NCBI GenBank assembly: GCA_035193785.1
Contig: CP136572.1
Coordinates: 2,676,578-2,740,577 of the forward strand
DNA: 64,000 bases
From: Planktothrix sp. GU0601_MAG3
GTDB lineage: Bacteria; Cyanobacteriota; Cyanobacteriia; Cyanobacteriales; Microcoleaceae
Direction: 5' to 3'
Shown here: piece by piece, positions 1-11,267 of the stretch
How the letters are laid out: each line of letters opens with the position of its first letter
Position numbering within the stretch: position 1 is the first letter of the stretch
Program-made: the position numbers and the translations under genes
The notes under the pieces: generated by a model
The model's database searches: none
The model's input: the letters and a program-made list of their open reading frames with translations, nothing else
What the model was told of the DNA's origin: nothing

Positions 1-109
1 AAATAAATTGGGTATAACGCCGGAATAGGGCAAATCGTGAATTTTTCCCATGGCAAACACAACCTGGGATAATCCCAAAATTAAGTTTAATCATACCCCT
101 AACATTAAC

Positions 110-210
110 AGGACTTACGCGCAAGACCAAAGAAACCGGGTTTCTGGCCCTGATTTTGCGGATGAAATCGGTAATTTCTCGTTCAGAAACCCGGTTTCTG
201 CGTAAGTCCT
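110..210. mobile_element. ~101-bp MITE/REP-like element, copy 1 (AGGACTTACGC...GCGTAAGTCCT ends, internal AGAAACCSGGTTTCT palindromes)
   Basis: 11-bp terminal inverted repeat; near-identical copies at 55120-55219 and, inverted, at 58930-59030. Confidence 0.8.
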
Positions 211-229
211 AATTAAACTATCTCAGGTT

Positions 230-3200
230 TTAAAGTTTAATCCCTAGGACTTGGGTGTAAGCGCCTCGGGCTTGGGTCACTCCAATAGTGCGTTGGGAGG
301 CTTCCATCATCGGGCGACGCAAACTAACAACAATAAATTGGGCTTGTTCGGTTTGACTTTTAATCATTCTAGCCAATCTTTCCACGTTGGAAACCATCTA
401 AAAACATATCGACTTCATCGAAGGCATAAAAGGGTGAGGGACGATATTTTTGTAGGGCGAAAATAAAGCTTAAAGCGGTTAGGGATTTTTCCCCCCCAGA
501 CATGGATGTTAACCGTTGGACGGGTTTACCTTTGGGGTGGGCAATTAGGTTTAAACCACTGGTAAAGGGGTCTTCTGGGTTATCAATTTCTAAATAGCCA
601 TCGCCTTCGGAAAGTTGAGCAAAAATGGTTTGAAAGTTTTCATTCACGGCATCAAAGGCTTCTTGAAAAGCGCGACGGCGGAGGGTAGTAAAGTTCTCAA
701 TTCTGAGTAATAATTCGGTTCTTTCTCCTTCTAAGGTTGTGAGTTTTTGGGTTAATTCTTCTAAGCGGGTTTGGGTGCGTTCAAATTCTTCTAGGGCTAA
801 CATATTCACGGGTTCTAAGGCTTCCATGCGTTTTTGGAGCGATCGCAAATCCCGTTGTAGAGCCGCTAAATCTAAGTTATTAGGAATATTAGGTAGGGGT
901 TCGGGTAGTTCAATTTTAATTGCGGCAATTTGTTCTAATTTAATGGTTAATTGCTCCCGTCTTCCGGCTTGAGTTTCTTGCAATTTTTCGATTTGCCAGT
1001 CTAATTGTTGTTTGGCTAAACGCAATTCTCCTAACTGGGTTTCTACCTGATCCCGTTGTCTTTTTTCTTCTCCTAATTTGGCTTCTACTTGAGCAACATT
1101 AACCCGAATTTGTTGAATGGTTGTGTGAATTGCTGTTAATTGATTCTTGACGGTTTCTAACTTTTGGGTTAAAAAAGTTTGTTCCTGACGAGTGGCTTCT
1201 AATTTCTGATTTCCCGCTTGATTTTTCTCTTGTAAACGGGTTTGTTGATTTTCGATTTCCGTTAACCGTTGTTGCACGGTTCTGAGGGCATTCTCTTTTT
1301 GTTGGAGCTCGGTTTCTTGGGTTCTTAATACCCCTTGGAGTTGTTGCCATTCACTATGGCTATGGGTGGCTTCTAATTGGGCTAAGAGTTCCCGATCCTG
1401 TTGTAATTTTGTTTCTAAATTCGGAATTTCTGCCTCTAAATTCTTTAAGCGAATTTGGGCGGTATTGAATTCTTGGGTATTTTTTTCTAATTGCGATCGC
1501 AGTTGTTCTTGTTGATTATTTAAAGTTCTAATTTCCGACTCTAACAGAGAAACTTGTTGTTGATGATCACGCAAAGTTTGTCTAACTTCATTCAGTTCTA
1601 GCGATCGCTCTTTCACCGTTTGACTCGCCTCTAAAATACTGCGGTTACAGCGTTCTAAAATCCGTTCGATTTCCTCTAATCTTTCTTTCAATGCTGCAAT
1701 ATTTCTGGCTTCTGCTGACCCTTGATCCGTGCCAAAATGCAGGCTAGACCGAGAAGCCACACTTCCCCCCGTCATCGCTCCGGTGGTTTCTAATAATTCC
1801 CCTTCTAAGGTAACTATCCGATATTGCCCTAATACTTTTCGAGCATTAGAGAGATTATTGAAAACTAAAGTATTGCCAAAAACATAAGCAAAAATATCTT
1901 GATAACGGGGTTCATATTCAATTAAATTCACTGCTAAATCAATTAACCCCGACACATTTCTCATCGTGGCTAAATTGGGTAAATTAGAACGATTTCCCTT
2001 AATTTTATTTAAGGGCAAAAATGTCGCCCGTCCCGCTTGTTGACGCTTCAAAAATTCAATTGCCGCGGCCGCCACACTATCATTTTCCACCACAATATTA
2101 CCCAACCTAGCCCCGGCGGAGGTTTCCAGCGCTAACTGATATTGGGGTTCCACCTGTCCCAACTGACAAACTAACCCACAAATGCCCGAAATACCCGACT
2201 GAGCGATGATTTTAGTCGCATAACTGCCCGTTGCTTCCTGTTGCGCCTGATGTTGGGCTTCGGACTTATCCAGTTTGCGCTGACGTTCCCGTTGTTCCTG
2301 TAATAGACGGGTTTGGGTTTCCTGTTGCACCTGTAACTCCGTTTCCACCTCCGTCACCTGCTGGGTCAAGTTGGCAACCCGTTGAGCCGTCCCGTCCCGT
2401 TGAGTGGTAGCGGTTTCCCAGGCTATGGTTTTTTCCGATAACTCCTGACTCAAGGTATTAATAGACTGTTGCTGTTCTGAAAGTTGGCGTTGCAGTTGTT
2501 CAACTCGCTCCCGTAGTCGGGCTTGTTCAGTCCGATGGGGGTCAAGGGTTTTTTGTAGGGTTTCAATTTGGCGGTGCAGTTCCGTTTGTTGCACCATCCA
2601 GCTTTCCGCCTGTTGTGCGACTTCTGAGGTCGCCTCCCGACTCCTTTCTACCGTTGTTTGTAGGGTATCCCGTTTCCCGTTGCCGTTGGCCGAAATTCAG
2701 GGTTTCCTGATCCTTTTCAATGGCCAGACCATCGAGGGTTTGATAATGTTGGCGCAGTTCCTGTTCGGTTTGGTGAATTTGGGTGATCGTCTGTTGGATA
2801 GCGGTTTCCAGTTCCGCAGACCGGGTTTGCAGTTGACTTTGTTGGGCTTCTTGGGTGGCTAAACTAGACTGGAGGGCAATTAGTTCTTCTTCCCCCATGG
2901 CTTTAACTAGGGCGTTGAGTTGCTCTAGTTGAACAGATGTGGTTTGAATTTGTTGATCTTGGTGTTGGCGCTGTTCGTTGAGATCCGTTAAGGTGCGATC
3001 GTCGGCTTCTATTTGTTCCCGCAGTCGTCCCTGTTGTTGTTGCAGGGTTTGATAATTGAGAACGGTTTCCCACTGGCTTTTTTGTTGAAATTCTTCCCGC
3101 AGTTGTTGATATTTTTCCGCCTTCGCCCGATCTTTGTCTAAGCGATCGCGTTGGGCAATTAATTCTTGTTCTACAATGCGGCTACGTTCCTCTCGATCCT

Positions 3201-3873
3201 TGACCGCATCTAATTTTTCCTTGGCTAAGGTAATTTTCCGATCAAAGGAAGCTACCCCCGCCAACTCATCAATAATTTCTCGACGTTCCCGGGGCTTCAT
3301 CGTAATAATACCCGTAACATCCCCCTGTAAAACCACGTTATAGCCTTCGGGGTAAATTCGTAGTTTATTTAATTGTTCGTGGAGTTCGGTTTGGGTACAG
3401 GCTTCCCCATTAATATAATAAGTTGAGGTATAGGTTCCCTGTTTAGTTACCCGCAGTTTTCGGGCTACCGTCCATTCTGAGGGGGGTTCATAATTGGGGA
3501 TCGATAGGTTATCCCCCGGTAGAGACGTGCCATGGCGCGTCTGTTCGGTTTCTGCGGATACATTATTATCAATTTCTTCCCTATCACTCCCCAAGGGTTC
3601 ACCGTCGTAGTCGCAGAGGTCAAAGGTAACGGTAACAAGGGTTTCAACGGTTCCCTTGCGGCTTTGGGCATTATTAACTAGATCGGGTAAACGTTCCGCC
3701 CGCATTCCCTTGGAGGACGATAACCCCAGGGCAAATAATAACGCATCGAGAATATTCGATTTGCCGGAACCATTTGGGCCGGAAACGACTGTAAACCCAG
3801 GGAGTAATGGCACAGCCGTTGTACCACCAAAGGATTTAAAGTTAGTGAGTTCGACACGCTTGATATGAACCAT
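230..3873 (-). CDS. smc: Chromosome segregation protein SMC (two apparent frameshifts, ~2672 and ~390)
   Basis: Walker [10 protein letters not shown], coiled coils, hinge, MSGGEKS signature, FDEVD Walker B; repairing each +1 base joins ORFs 2563..3915 and 369..2597 and the conserved C-terminus [11 protein letters not shown]...GIKL. Confidence 0.95.
3519..3543. repeat. GTAG-type REP/small dispersed repeat inside smc
   Basis: GTAGAGACGTGCCATGGCGCGTCTG; same family at 21261, ~29126 (inverted), 60928 and, degenerate, ~39699. Confidence 0.8.
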
Positions 3874-4606
3874 TGGGACGAATTTAGGACGGATAATGTG
3901 AGTGGGGAGACTCACACTGTAATAGTTGTCTCAAGAATCAACAATATTAACAGTTTTGCCTGGATCAAGCAAGGATAGGGGGATAGTTCAACTACACTCA
4001 TTATTCGATCACCAGTCAAAGGTGGGGATCAGACTATCTGATAAATGGGTAATATTAGGGAATTAAGTCAACATTCAAGTATTCAAAATTGGTGATTTAT
4101 TTAGGTAAAAATACTTATTCCCATTCTGGGAAAATCAAAACTGTTACGGTTAAGCAAAATCAATCCCGAGCCTAGACTATGATCTCCTAGAAGCCGTTTT
4201 ATTCAGTGATTTCAGGTTCTAGCAGGGTGAGTATTTTGACGAAAATGAGTATTTTTACTTAAATAAAATCCAGGGATTCTGAAGGTAATCTTAATAAAGT
4301 ATACACTTCTTAATAAATTTTAACGCAATAAATAGCAACAGCGTTGTATAACTAATATCTGAAGGGCAAAGACAACAACCAAATGTTAGTCTCCCAACAA
4401 TTGATTAACATTTGATTAAAAAAGTTTAATGTCCTTTCATAAAGTGGTGTAGGATTTCCCAGGTTCCTCTAAGTGAGGCGGAGGTAGCTGCAAAAGCAGT
4501 AATACTCAACCGACAAGAGAGACTCTCAAGAGTCAGGATCAGGAAAACCGATCATTTCACTCTGAACCAAAAATAAAGTTAAGCAAGTCAAGTAGGAGAT
4601 TAATCC

Positions 4607-5125
4607 ATGTTTGATGCCTTTACCAAGGTGGTTTCTCAAGCTGATACCCGTGGCGAAATGTTAAGCACTAGCCAAATCGATGCTCTGAGCCAAATGGTTG
4701 CTGAAAGCAACAAGCGTTTAGATTCCGTTAACCGGATCACCGGTAACGCTTCCAGTATCGTCGCTAACGCCGCTCGTGCCTTGTTTGATGAGCAAGCCCA
4801 GTTGATTGCTCCTGGTGGTAATGCTTACACCAACCGTCGTATGGCTGCTTGCTTGCGCGACATGGAAATTATTTTACGTTACGTCACCTACGCAATTTTT
4901 GCCGGAGATGCTAGCGTTCTTGATGATCGTTGCTTGAACGGTCTGCGCGAAACCTACCTGGCTCTGGGCGTTCCCGGTGCTTCCGTCGCCGTTGGCGTTG
5001 GCAAAATGAAAGAAGCCTCTTTGGCTATCGTTAACAATCCAGCAGGAGTCACTCCTGGAGATTGTAATGCCCTGGCTTCCGAAATCGCCAGCTACTTTGA
5101 CCGCGCCGCCGCTGCTGTCGCCTAA
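4607..5125 (+). CDS. cpcB: C-phycocyanin beta subunit
   Basis: [13 protein letters not shown] start, [10 protein letters not shown] chromophore Cys, 172 aa, AGGAG RBS. Confidence 0.98.
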   Translation: MFDAFTKVVSQADTRGEMLSTSQIDALSQMVAESNKRLDSVNRITGNASSIVANAARALFDEQAQLIAPGGNAYTNRRMAACLRDMEIILRYVTYAIFAGDASVLDDRCLNGLRETYLALGVPGASVAVGVGKMKEASLAIVNNPAGVTPGDCNALASEIASYFDRAAAAVA

Positions 5126-5224
5126 TTTTTGACAAGTTAGATTTTCATAACTCCATAGAAGTCAAAATTAAACGACTTCAATCTGTACCTGAATTTTGTA
5201 AACCCATAGGGAGATAACTCAAGC

Positions 5225-5713
5225 ATGAAAACCCCCCTGACTGAAGCAGTAACAACCGCCGATTCTCAAGGTCGTTTCCTGAGCAGCACCGAACTGCAAG
5301 TGGCCTTCGGACGTTTCCGTCAAGCCAAAGCCGGTTTAGAAGCCGCCAAAGCTCTAACCGCCAAATCTGGTGAATTGATCGCCGGCGCTGCCCAAGCAGT
5401 GTATAACAAGTTCCCCTACACCACCCAAATGCAAGGGCCTAACTACGCTTCTACCGAGCGTGGTAAAGCCAAATGCGCTCGTGACATCGGTTACTACCTC
5501 CGTATGGTCACCTACTGCTTAATTGCTGGTGGTACAGGCCCTATGGACGAGTATCTGATTGCTGGTGTTGATGAAATCAACCGGACTTTTGAACTGTCTC
5601 CTAGCTGGTATGTGGAAGCTCTGAAATATATCAAAGCCAACCACGGTCTGAGTGGCGACGCAGCAGTTGAAGCTAACTCCTACATCGACTATGCTATCAA
5701 CGCTCTGAGCTAG
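5225..5713 (+). CDS. cpcA: C-phycocyanin alpha subunit
   Basis: MKTPLTEAV start, [13 protein letters not shown], 162 aa. Confidence 0.98.
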   Translation: MKTPLTEAVTTADSQGRFLSSTELQVAFGRFRQAKAGLEAAKALTAKSGELIAGAAQAVYNKFPYTTQMQGPNYASTERGKAKCARDIGYYLRMVTYCLIAGGTGPMDEYLIAGVDEINRTFELSPSWYVEALKYIKANHGLSGDAAVEANSYIDYAINALS

Positions 5714-5726
5714 ACTTAGCGCGCTT

Positions 5727-5795
5727 GATGCTCCTAAGCGGTAAATAGCTGTTAGCAACTGGGTTAACGGTTGTTTAACGCTTAGGAGCATCTTT
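5727..5795 (+). terminator. Long stem-loop after cpcA (terminator / mRNA stabiliser)
   Basis: GATGCTCCTAAGCG...CGCTTAGGAGCATC perfect 14-bp stem, extendable by ~15 bp using G-U pairs on the + strand, followed by TTT. Confidence 0.75.
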
Positions 5796-5875
5796 AGTTA
5801 TTACCGTCGGTGTCCGAAATTAACAAAGTTTTTCTTTTTTGTCTGTTTTGAAAATCTCTTACGGAGCAGAAGGAT

Positions 5876-6692
5876 ATGGTTGGCTTGCTTGAAGGTAGCC
5901 GACTTGGTATCCGGGCCTTTGAAGAAATAAAACCCGTAGAACTGCGCCCCAACTACACAGAAGCGGATTTGCAAACCGTGGTTGTGGCTGCATATCGTCA
6001 GGTGATGGGCAACGAGCACCTGATGTCGCGGGAAACGGCTCACCAGCGCGGAATCTTTGCTGCGCCAAGGACAAATTACCGTTCGGGATTTTGTCAGAGC
6101 CATTGCTTTATCCGAGGTTTACCGGACTAAGTTTTTTTACTCTAATTCTCAAACTCGGTTTATTGAGTTAAATTACAAACATCTGCTCGGTCGCGCCCCT
6201 TACGATGAATCAGAGATGGCGTTTCACGTCGATCTCTATAACCGTCAGGGCTATGAGGCAGAAATTAACTCTTACCTGGACTCTCAAGAATATCTGGATA
6301 ATTTCGGGGAAAGTATTGTCCCCTATTATCGGGGATTTTCTACCCAAGATGGACAGAAAACCGTGGGTTTCAACCGCTTGTTTACCCTCTATCGCGGGTA
6401 TGCCAGCAGCGATCGCGCTCAAAACCAAAAGCAAAGTCGCTTAACTTGGGAATTAGGCCGGAATTTGGCCTCTCCGATTCAAACTCCGGAGAATGGTCAA
6501 AGTCTAGCAGGTACGACGGGCGGGAGTCGTGGACAACTCTACCGCCTGACTGTGCTCCAAAAAGCAACGCAGTCTTTGCCTCAAGTGCGCCGTACCCAAA
6601 CTGAATATACCGTACCCTATGACCAACTGTCTACTCAGTTGCAGCGAATTCATCGCGCCGGGGGACGGGTAATGAGAATTACCGTGGCGTAA
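5876..6692 (+). CDS. cpcC: Phycocyanin rod linker, CpcC family (cpcH-like); frameshift ~6032
   Basis: Linker domain motifs AAYRQVMGN and [13 protein letters not shown]-terminal CpcD-like domain. Confidence 0.9.
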
Positions 6693-6875
6693 TCTGATTA
6701 ATTTCAAAATTATCGCCAGTTTGTGTCGCCGGATTTAGGGTTCGGGCTGACTGTTAAAAAGAAACGCTTGAACTCTATTCCTGGTGATCAACAAACATTC
6801 AACAGCGAATCAATGCACGCCACAATTGCAACTTGATTCTCGGTCATGTTCTTAAATGTAAAAGGAGGATTTTAG

Positions 6876-7746
6876 GTGGCTATTACAACAGCAGCATCTA
6901 GGCTAGGAACTACTGCGTTTCAAGAAACGCCTCGTGTTGAACTACGACCAGATTGGACTCGGGACGATGCCCAACGGGTGATTCGTGCCGTTTATCGCCA
7001 ACTCTTGGGTAATGATTATTTAATGAGTTCTGAGCGCCTGAAAAGTGCTGAGTCTCTGTTGACCGATGGTAGCATCAGCGTGCGGGAGTTTGTCCGTTCC
7101 GTCGCTAAGTCAGAACTGTACAAAACCAAGTTTTTCTACCCGCATTTCCAAACCCGTGTAATTGAACTCAATTACAAACATTTATTGGGTCGCGCTCCTT
7201 ATGCTGAATCCGAAGTGGTTTTCCACCTGGATTTATACCAAAACCAGGGCTATGACGCTGATATTGATTCTTATATTGATTCAGTCGAATACCTGGAAAA
7301 CTTTGGGGAAAATGTGGTTCCCTACTATCGCGCCTTTGAAGTTCAACGGGGACAAAGAAACCGTCGGTTTTACTCGGATTTTCCAGTTGTATCGCGGTTA
7401 TGCCAATAGCGATCGCTCTCAATTGGGGGGTAATAGCTCTCGCCTAGCCAAAGAACTGGGTGAAAACAGCACTTCTCCCATTGTTGGCCCCTCCGGTGGT
7501 AGCGGGGGTTGGTCTTATCGTTCCTCCGGCCAAGGAGTGGTTCCCACTACGGGATTCAGTACAGGTGGAGTGTTAGGACAATCTGATCGTAGCTATCGGG
7601 TGGAAGTGGCTGGAATCGTTCAGCGTCGATATCCTAAAGTGCGTCGCAGCAGTAAGTCCTTTATTGTTCCTTACGAACGCTTATCTTCTCTACTTCAGGA
7701 AATTCAACGCCAAGGTGGTAAAATCGCCAGTATTACGCCTGTTTAG
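6876..7746 (+). CDS. cpcC: Phycocyanin rod linker, CpcC family (cpcI-like); frameshift ~7357
   Basis: [11 protein letters not shown] start, [13 protein letters not shown]-terminal [12 protein letters not shown]. Confidence 0.92.
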
Positions 7747-7827
7747 GACGTTTTTTTAAACAGGGGGCGCTGATCGGCAATCCCTGTTTATTGTTTTTGT
7801 AAAACTTTATTAGATTTATTCAGAACA

Positions 7828-8073
7828 ATGTTAGGTCAAGTTGCAGTTGGACAATCCTCCGCGTCTCCATCGGGAAGTCGCTTTTTCCGTTATGAAGTCG
7901 TGGGTTTACGTCAATCAGATGAAACCGATAAAACCGACTATTCTATCCGTTCTAGTGGCAGCAAGTTTATCACGGTTCCCTACAACCGCATGAACCAAGA
8001 AATGCGGCGTTTAACACGGATGGGTGCAAAAATTGTGAGCATTCAACCTTTAACATCTGGTGCGGAAGAATAA
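7828..8073 (+). CDS. cpcD: Rod-capping linker CpcD
   Basis: FITVPYNRMNQEMRRLTRMGAKIVSI. Confidence 0.95.
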   Translation: MLGQVAVGQSSASPSGSRFFRYEVVGLRQSDETDKTDYSIRSSGSKFITVPYNRMNQEMRRLTRMGAKIVSIQPLTSGAEE

Positions 8074-8147
8074 TGGGATTGAGCGAGATTCAAGACTGAA
8101 TTTAACGATTCAATCGACCTTAGTTCAATTTCAACATTAATCATTGA

Positions 8148-8187
8148 GGTTAGGTGTTTCAAGCTCGAAATATCTGACCCTTTTTTT
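8148..8187 (+). terminator. Rho-independent terminator after cpcD
   Basis: GGTTAGGTGTTTC-loop-GAAATATCTGACC 13-bp stem with G-U pairs, followed by 7 T. Confidence 0.75.
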
Positions 8188-8280
8188 ATACTTTGATGGG
8201 TTGAACTTGAATCTCAATTTTCCCTGGATTACTGACTCCTGCTATGATCAATAGGGTTTAAAAAAATAGACTTTAATATA

Positions 8281-9118
8281 ATGGCGGACTTGGGATCGGA
8301 ATCAACAGGAAACCATAGCACTCAAGAGGAAGAATCTTTAACCATTGAACAGGCGATCGCTAATCTTCGCCATGAAGAATTAGGACGTCGCTACTATGCG
8401 GCTTGGTGGTTAGGACGTTTTCGAGTGAATGAAACCGGCGGCGGTGGATGCCTTGATTTTAGCTTTAAATGATGAATCCGATCGCACCGAAGAAGGCGGT
8501 TATCCCCTACGCAGAAATGCGGCTAGAGCTTTAGGAAAACTGGGAGATAAGCGGGCAGTTTCGGCATTAATTGAATGTTTAGACTGTGCTGATGTTTATG
8601 TGCGAGAAGCCGCCGCCCAATCCTTGGAACAATTAGGGGATGAGCGTTGTATTCCCGCTTTGATAAAATTATTAGCGGGGGGATTAGAAGCCGCTCAATT
8701 TGTGCCGGGAAAACCCTATTTAGTTCAACCCTATGATGCTATTTTAGAAGCATTAGGCAGTTTAAAAGCTACCATGGCGATTCCGTTTGTTCAACCGTTT
8801 GTAAAGCATTTTGTGCCTAAAGTTCAGTATGCGGCATTCAGGGCAATGTATCAATTAACCGGAGAAAATAGCTATGGAGAACAGTTAATTGAGGCGTTAA
8901 AGGGCAATGATTTAACCTTACGCCGCACAGCTTTAATGGATTTAGGCGCAATTGGATATTTACCCGGGGCAAAAGCGATCGCCCAAACCTTTGCAGAAAA
9001 TAGTTTAAAATTAATTGCTTTAAAAGGAGTTTTAGAATATCAATTAACCGATACTTCCGATTTTGGGTTGTCTGAATCGGCCATTGAAGTTATGGAGTTA
9101 ATGGATTCTTTATTATAA
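8281..9118 (+). CDS. cpcE: Phycocyanobilin lyase subunit alpha; frameshift ~8431
   Basis: RYYAAWWLG, GGYPLRRNAARALGKLG HEAT repeats, operon position. Confidence 0.93.
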
Positions 9119-9142
9119 AAAATATTAGCTAATCTCAAAAAT

Positions 9143-9769
9143 ATGACTGTACAAATATTGATTCAAGCTGTGGAAAAAGCTGATTCTGCTCCCTCTTTAT
9201 TTAAGGCAGTTTTAGCTTTGTCTCAGGCGAATTCCGTTGAAGCAATTCCCACATTAATTGCCGTTTTAGGCTATAATAATCCTGGGGCTGCGGTGGCTGC
9301 GGTGGATGGATTAACTCAGTTGGGTGAACCTGCGGTTATCCCCTTATTAGAACAATTAGATGGTTATAATTATGGGGCTAGGGCTTGGGCTGTTCGGGCT
9401 TTATCAGGTATTGGTGATCCTCGTGGTTTAGAGGTTTTATTGGAGTCCGCCGGAAGTGATTTTGCTTTGAGTGTTCGTCGGGCTGCCACCAGAGGATTAG
9501 GGAATATTCGCTGGGATAAATTACCTTCTGAACAACTTGCTGATGCTCAATTTGAGACTTTTAAAACATTACAAAAAACCGTAGAAGATCCCGAATGGAT
9601 TGTTAGATACGCGGGGGTTTTTGGTTTACAGGGTTTAGCAATAGCAATTGATAAAACTCAACCGGAATGGTTTAATAAAATTCAAGAACATTTACAACAA
9701 CTGGCAAATATTGATGAAGTTCTGGCAGTTCGAGCTAGGGCAAAATGGGCAATTCAAAAGTTAGGATAA
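9143..9769 (+). CDS. cpcF: Phycocyanobilin lyase subunit beta
   Basis: LGYNNPGAAVAAVDGL, YNYGARAWA. Confidence 0.95.
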   Translation: MTVQILIQAVEKADSAPSLFKAVLALSQANSVEAIPTLIAVLGYNNPGAAVAAVDGLTQLGEPAVIPLLEQLDGYNYGARAWAVRALSGIGDPRGLEVLLESAGSDFALSVRRAATRGLGNIRWDKLPSEQLADAQFETFKTLQKTVEDPEWIVRYAGVFGLQGLAIAIDKTQPEWFNKIQEHLQQLANIDEVLAVRARAKWAIQKLG

Positions 9770-9788
9770 GATCAAGATTTTAAATATT

Positions 9789-9868
9789 AGACCTCTGGCA
9801 AAAGTTATTCAAATTATTATTAGAATAAACAGAATAATTTAGGTTTTATTTGGTTTTGTCAGAGGTCT
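9789..9868. repeat. Small inverted-repeat element between convergent genes
   Basis: AGACCTCTGGCAAAA ... TTTTGTCAGAGGTCT (14/15 complementary). Confidence 0.6.
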
Positions 9869-9890
9869 GAATATCGGGAAATAACAATAG

Positions 9891-10866
9891 TTAACCCAGT
9901 GTAAAATCGGAAGGATTAATGTTTGTAGATACCACTCCTTTGAAGATAGCTAAAACTTGTCCCGTATTCCCAATATTAACGATGGTATCATTAGCATAAA
10001 CGCCAGTACCTTGAACAATATTCAGATTAGAAATATCCTCAATACCTTTGAGCAAAATACGATCCGTTCCCGGTTCAAAATCCATAATAACATCTGCAAA
10101 ATCAGCGTTAGGATAACTAAATTTACCTGTCAAAACAAAGGTATCAACACCAGCACCACCAGTGAGAATATCTTTCCCACCACCACCATCTAATAAATCA
10201 TTACCATCATCGCCAGTCAAGGAATCAAGTCCTCGTCCTCCTAACAGGATATCGTCCCCAGAATTACCCACAAGGACATCATTTCCTCGATAACCTGTTA
10301 AATAATCATTTCCGGTAGTTCCCGTCAAAATATCATCTTGATTTGGAGGAAATGGTTGATTATTACCTTGTTCGTTAGTTCCTTGATTTGGAGGCAATAA
10401 TTGATTATTACCTTGTTCGTTAGTTCCCCGATTTGGAGGGAATGGTGGGTTATTACCTTGTCCGTTATTTCCTTGATTTGGAGGTAATAGTTGATTATTA
10501 CCTTGTTCGTTAGTTCCTTGATTCGGAGGAAATGGTTGATTATTACCTTGTTCTTTAGTTTCCTTGATTTGGAGGGAATGGTGGATTATTACCTTGTTCG
10601 TTATTCCCTTGATTCGGAGGAAATGGTTGATTATTACCTTGTTCGTTATTCCCTTGATTTGGAGGGAATGGTGGATTATTACCTTGTTCGTTAGTTCCCC
10701 GATTTGGAGGGAATGGTGGATTATTACCTTGTTCTTTAGTTCCTTGATTTGGAGGCAATGGTGGGTTATTACCTTGTCCGTTATTTCCTTGATTATTGGG
10801 AATATTTCCCTGAATTGGGGCGTTTTGGGGATTTTTAAGAAGTGTTGATTCAGTGTTAATAGCCAT
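9891..10866 (-). CDS. RTX-type Ca-binding protein with an N-terminal 15-aa tandem repeat; frameshift ~10558
   Basis: GGxGxDxL nonapeptides and a DFEPGTDRI C-terminal motif; ORFs 10555..10866 and 9891..10397 join when one base is removed. Confidence 0.85.
10340..10795 (-). repeat. 45-bp coding tandem repeat, ~10 units (PPNQG[T/N]NEQGNN[P/Q]PF)
   Basis: TTATTACCTTG recurs every 45 bp from ~10360 to ~10766. Confidence 0.92.
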
Positions 10867-11267
10867 AGTAAAATCTCTCTTAATTAAGTTTTTGAGTTAA
10901 GTTGGTTGCCAGTTACTTTTTTGATTTGAACTACTCCAACAACACCCGGAAATCTAGGGATTGCTACTTTAAAATTTTTGGTTAGCTCTAACTAACAACT
11001 TAGCTTATTTACTATTAACGGGCATGAAAATTACAATAATAATGCTGTTTAGATTACAGTTTTGTAATTTTTGGGCTTGTGGACATTTACTCGCCAAATA
11101 CAACCACTTTCGACCTCAAGAGTTAAACCAATAATTTAGATATTTTTTCCCCAACCCGATGCCAATTAGTCCTTCTTCCTATTATAGATCATTAATATAT
11201 TTTTATTGAAAGAATGGGGATTTTATGAGAATATAGAAAAACGGGAATTAATTTGGGAATGATCGGC

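Noticed and set aside
1..51. Possible start of a minus-strand gene (MGKIHDLPYSG...)
   Set aside because: Only 17 codons are visible, too few to support a call
230..3873. SMC as Wadjet/MksB
   Set aside because: Canonical housekeeping SMC with hinge; no jetABD neighbours
10491..10848. Plus-strand repeat ORFs (67 and 94 aa)
   Set aside because: Antisense shadows of the 45-bp coding repeat
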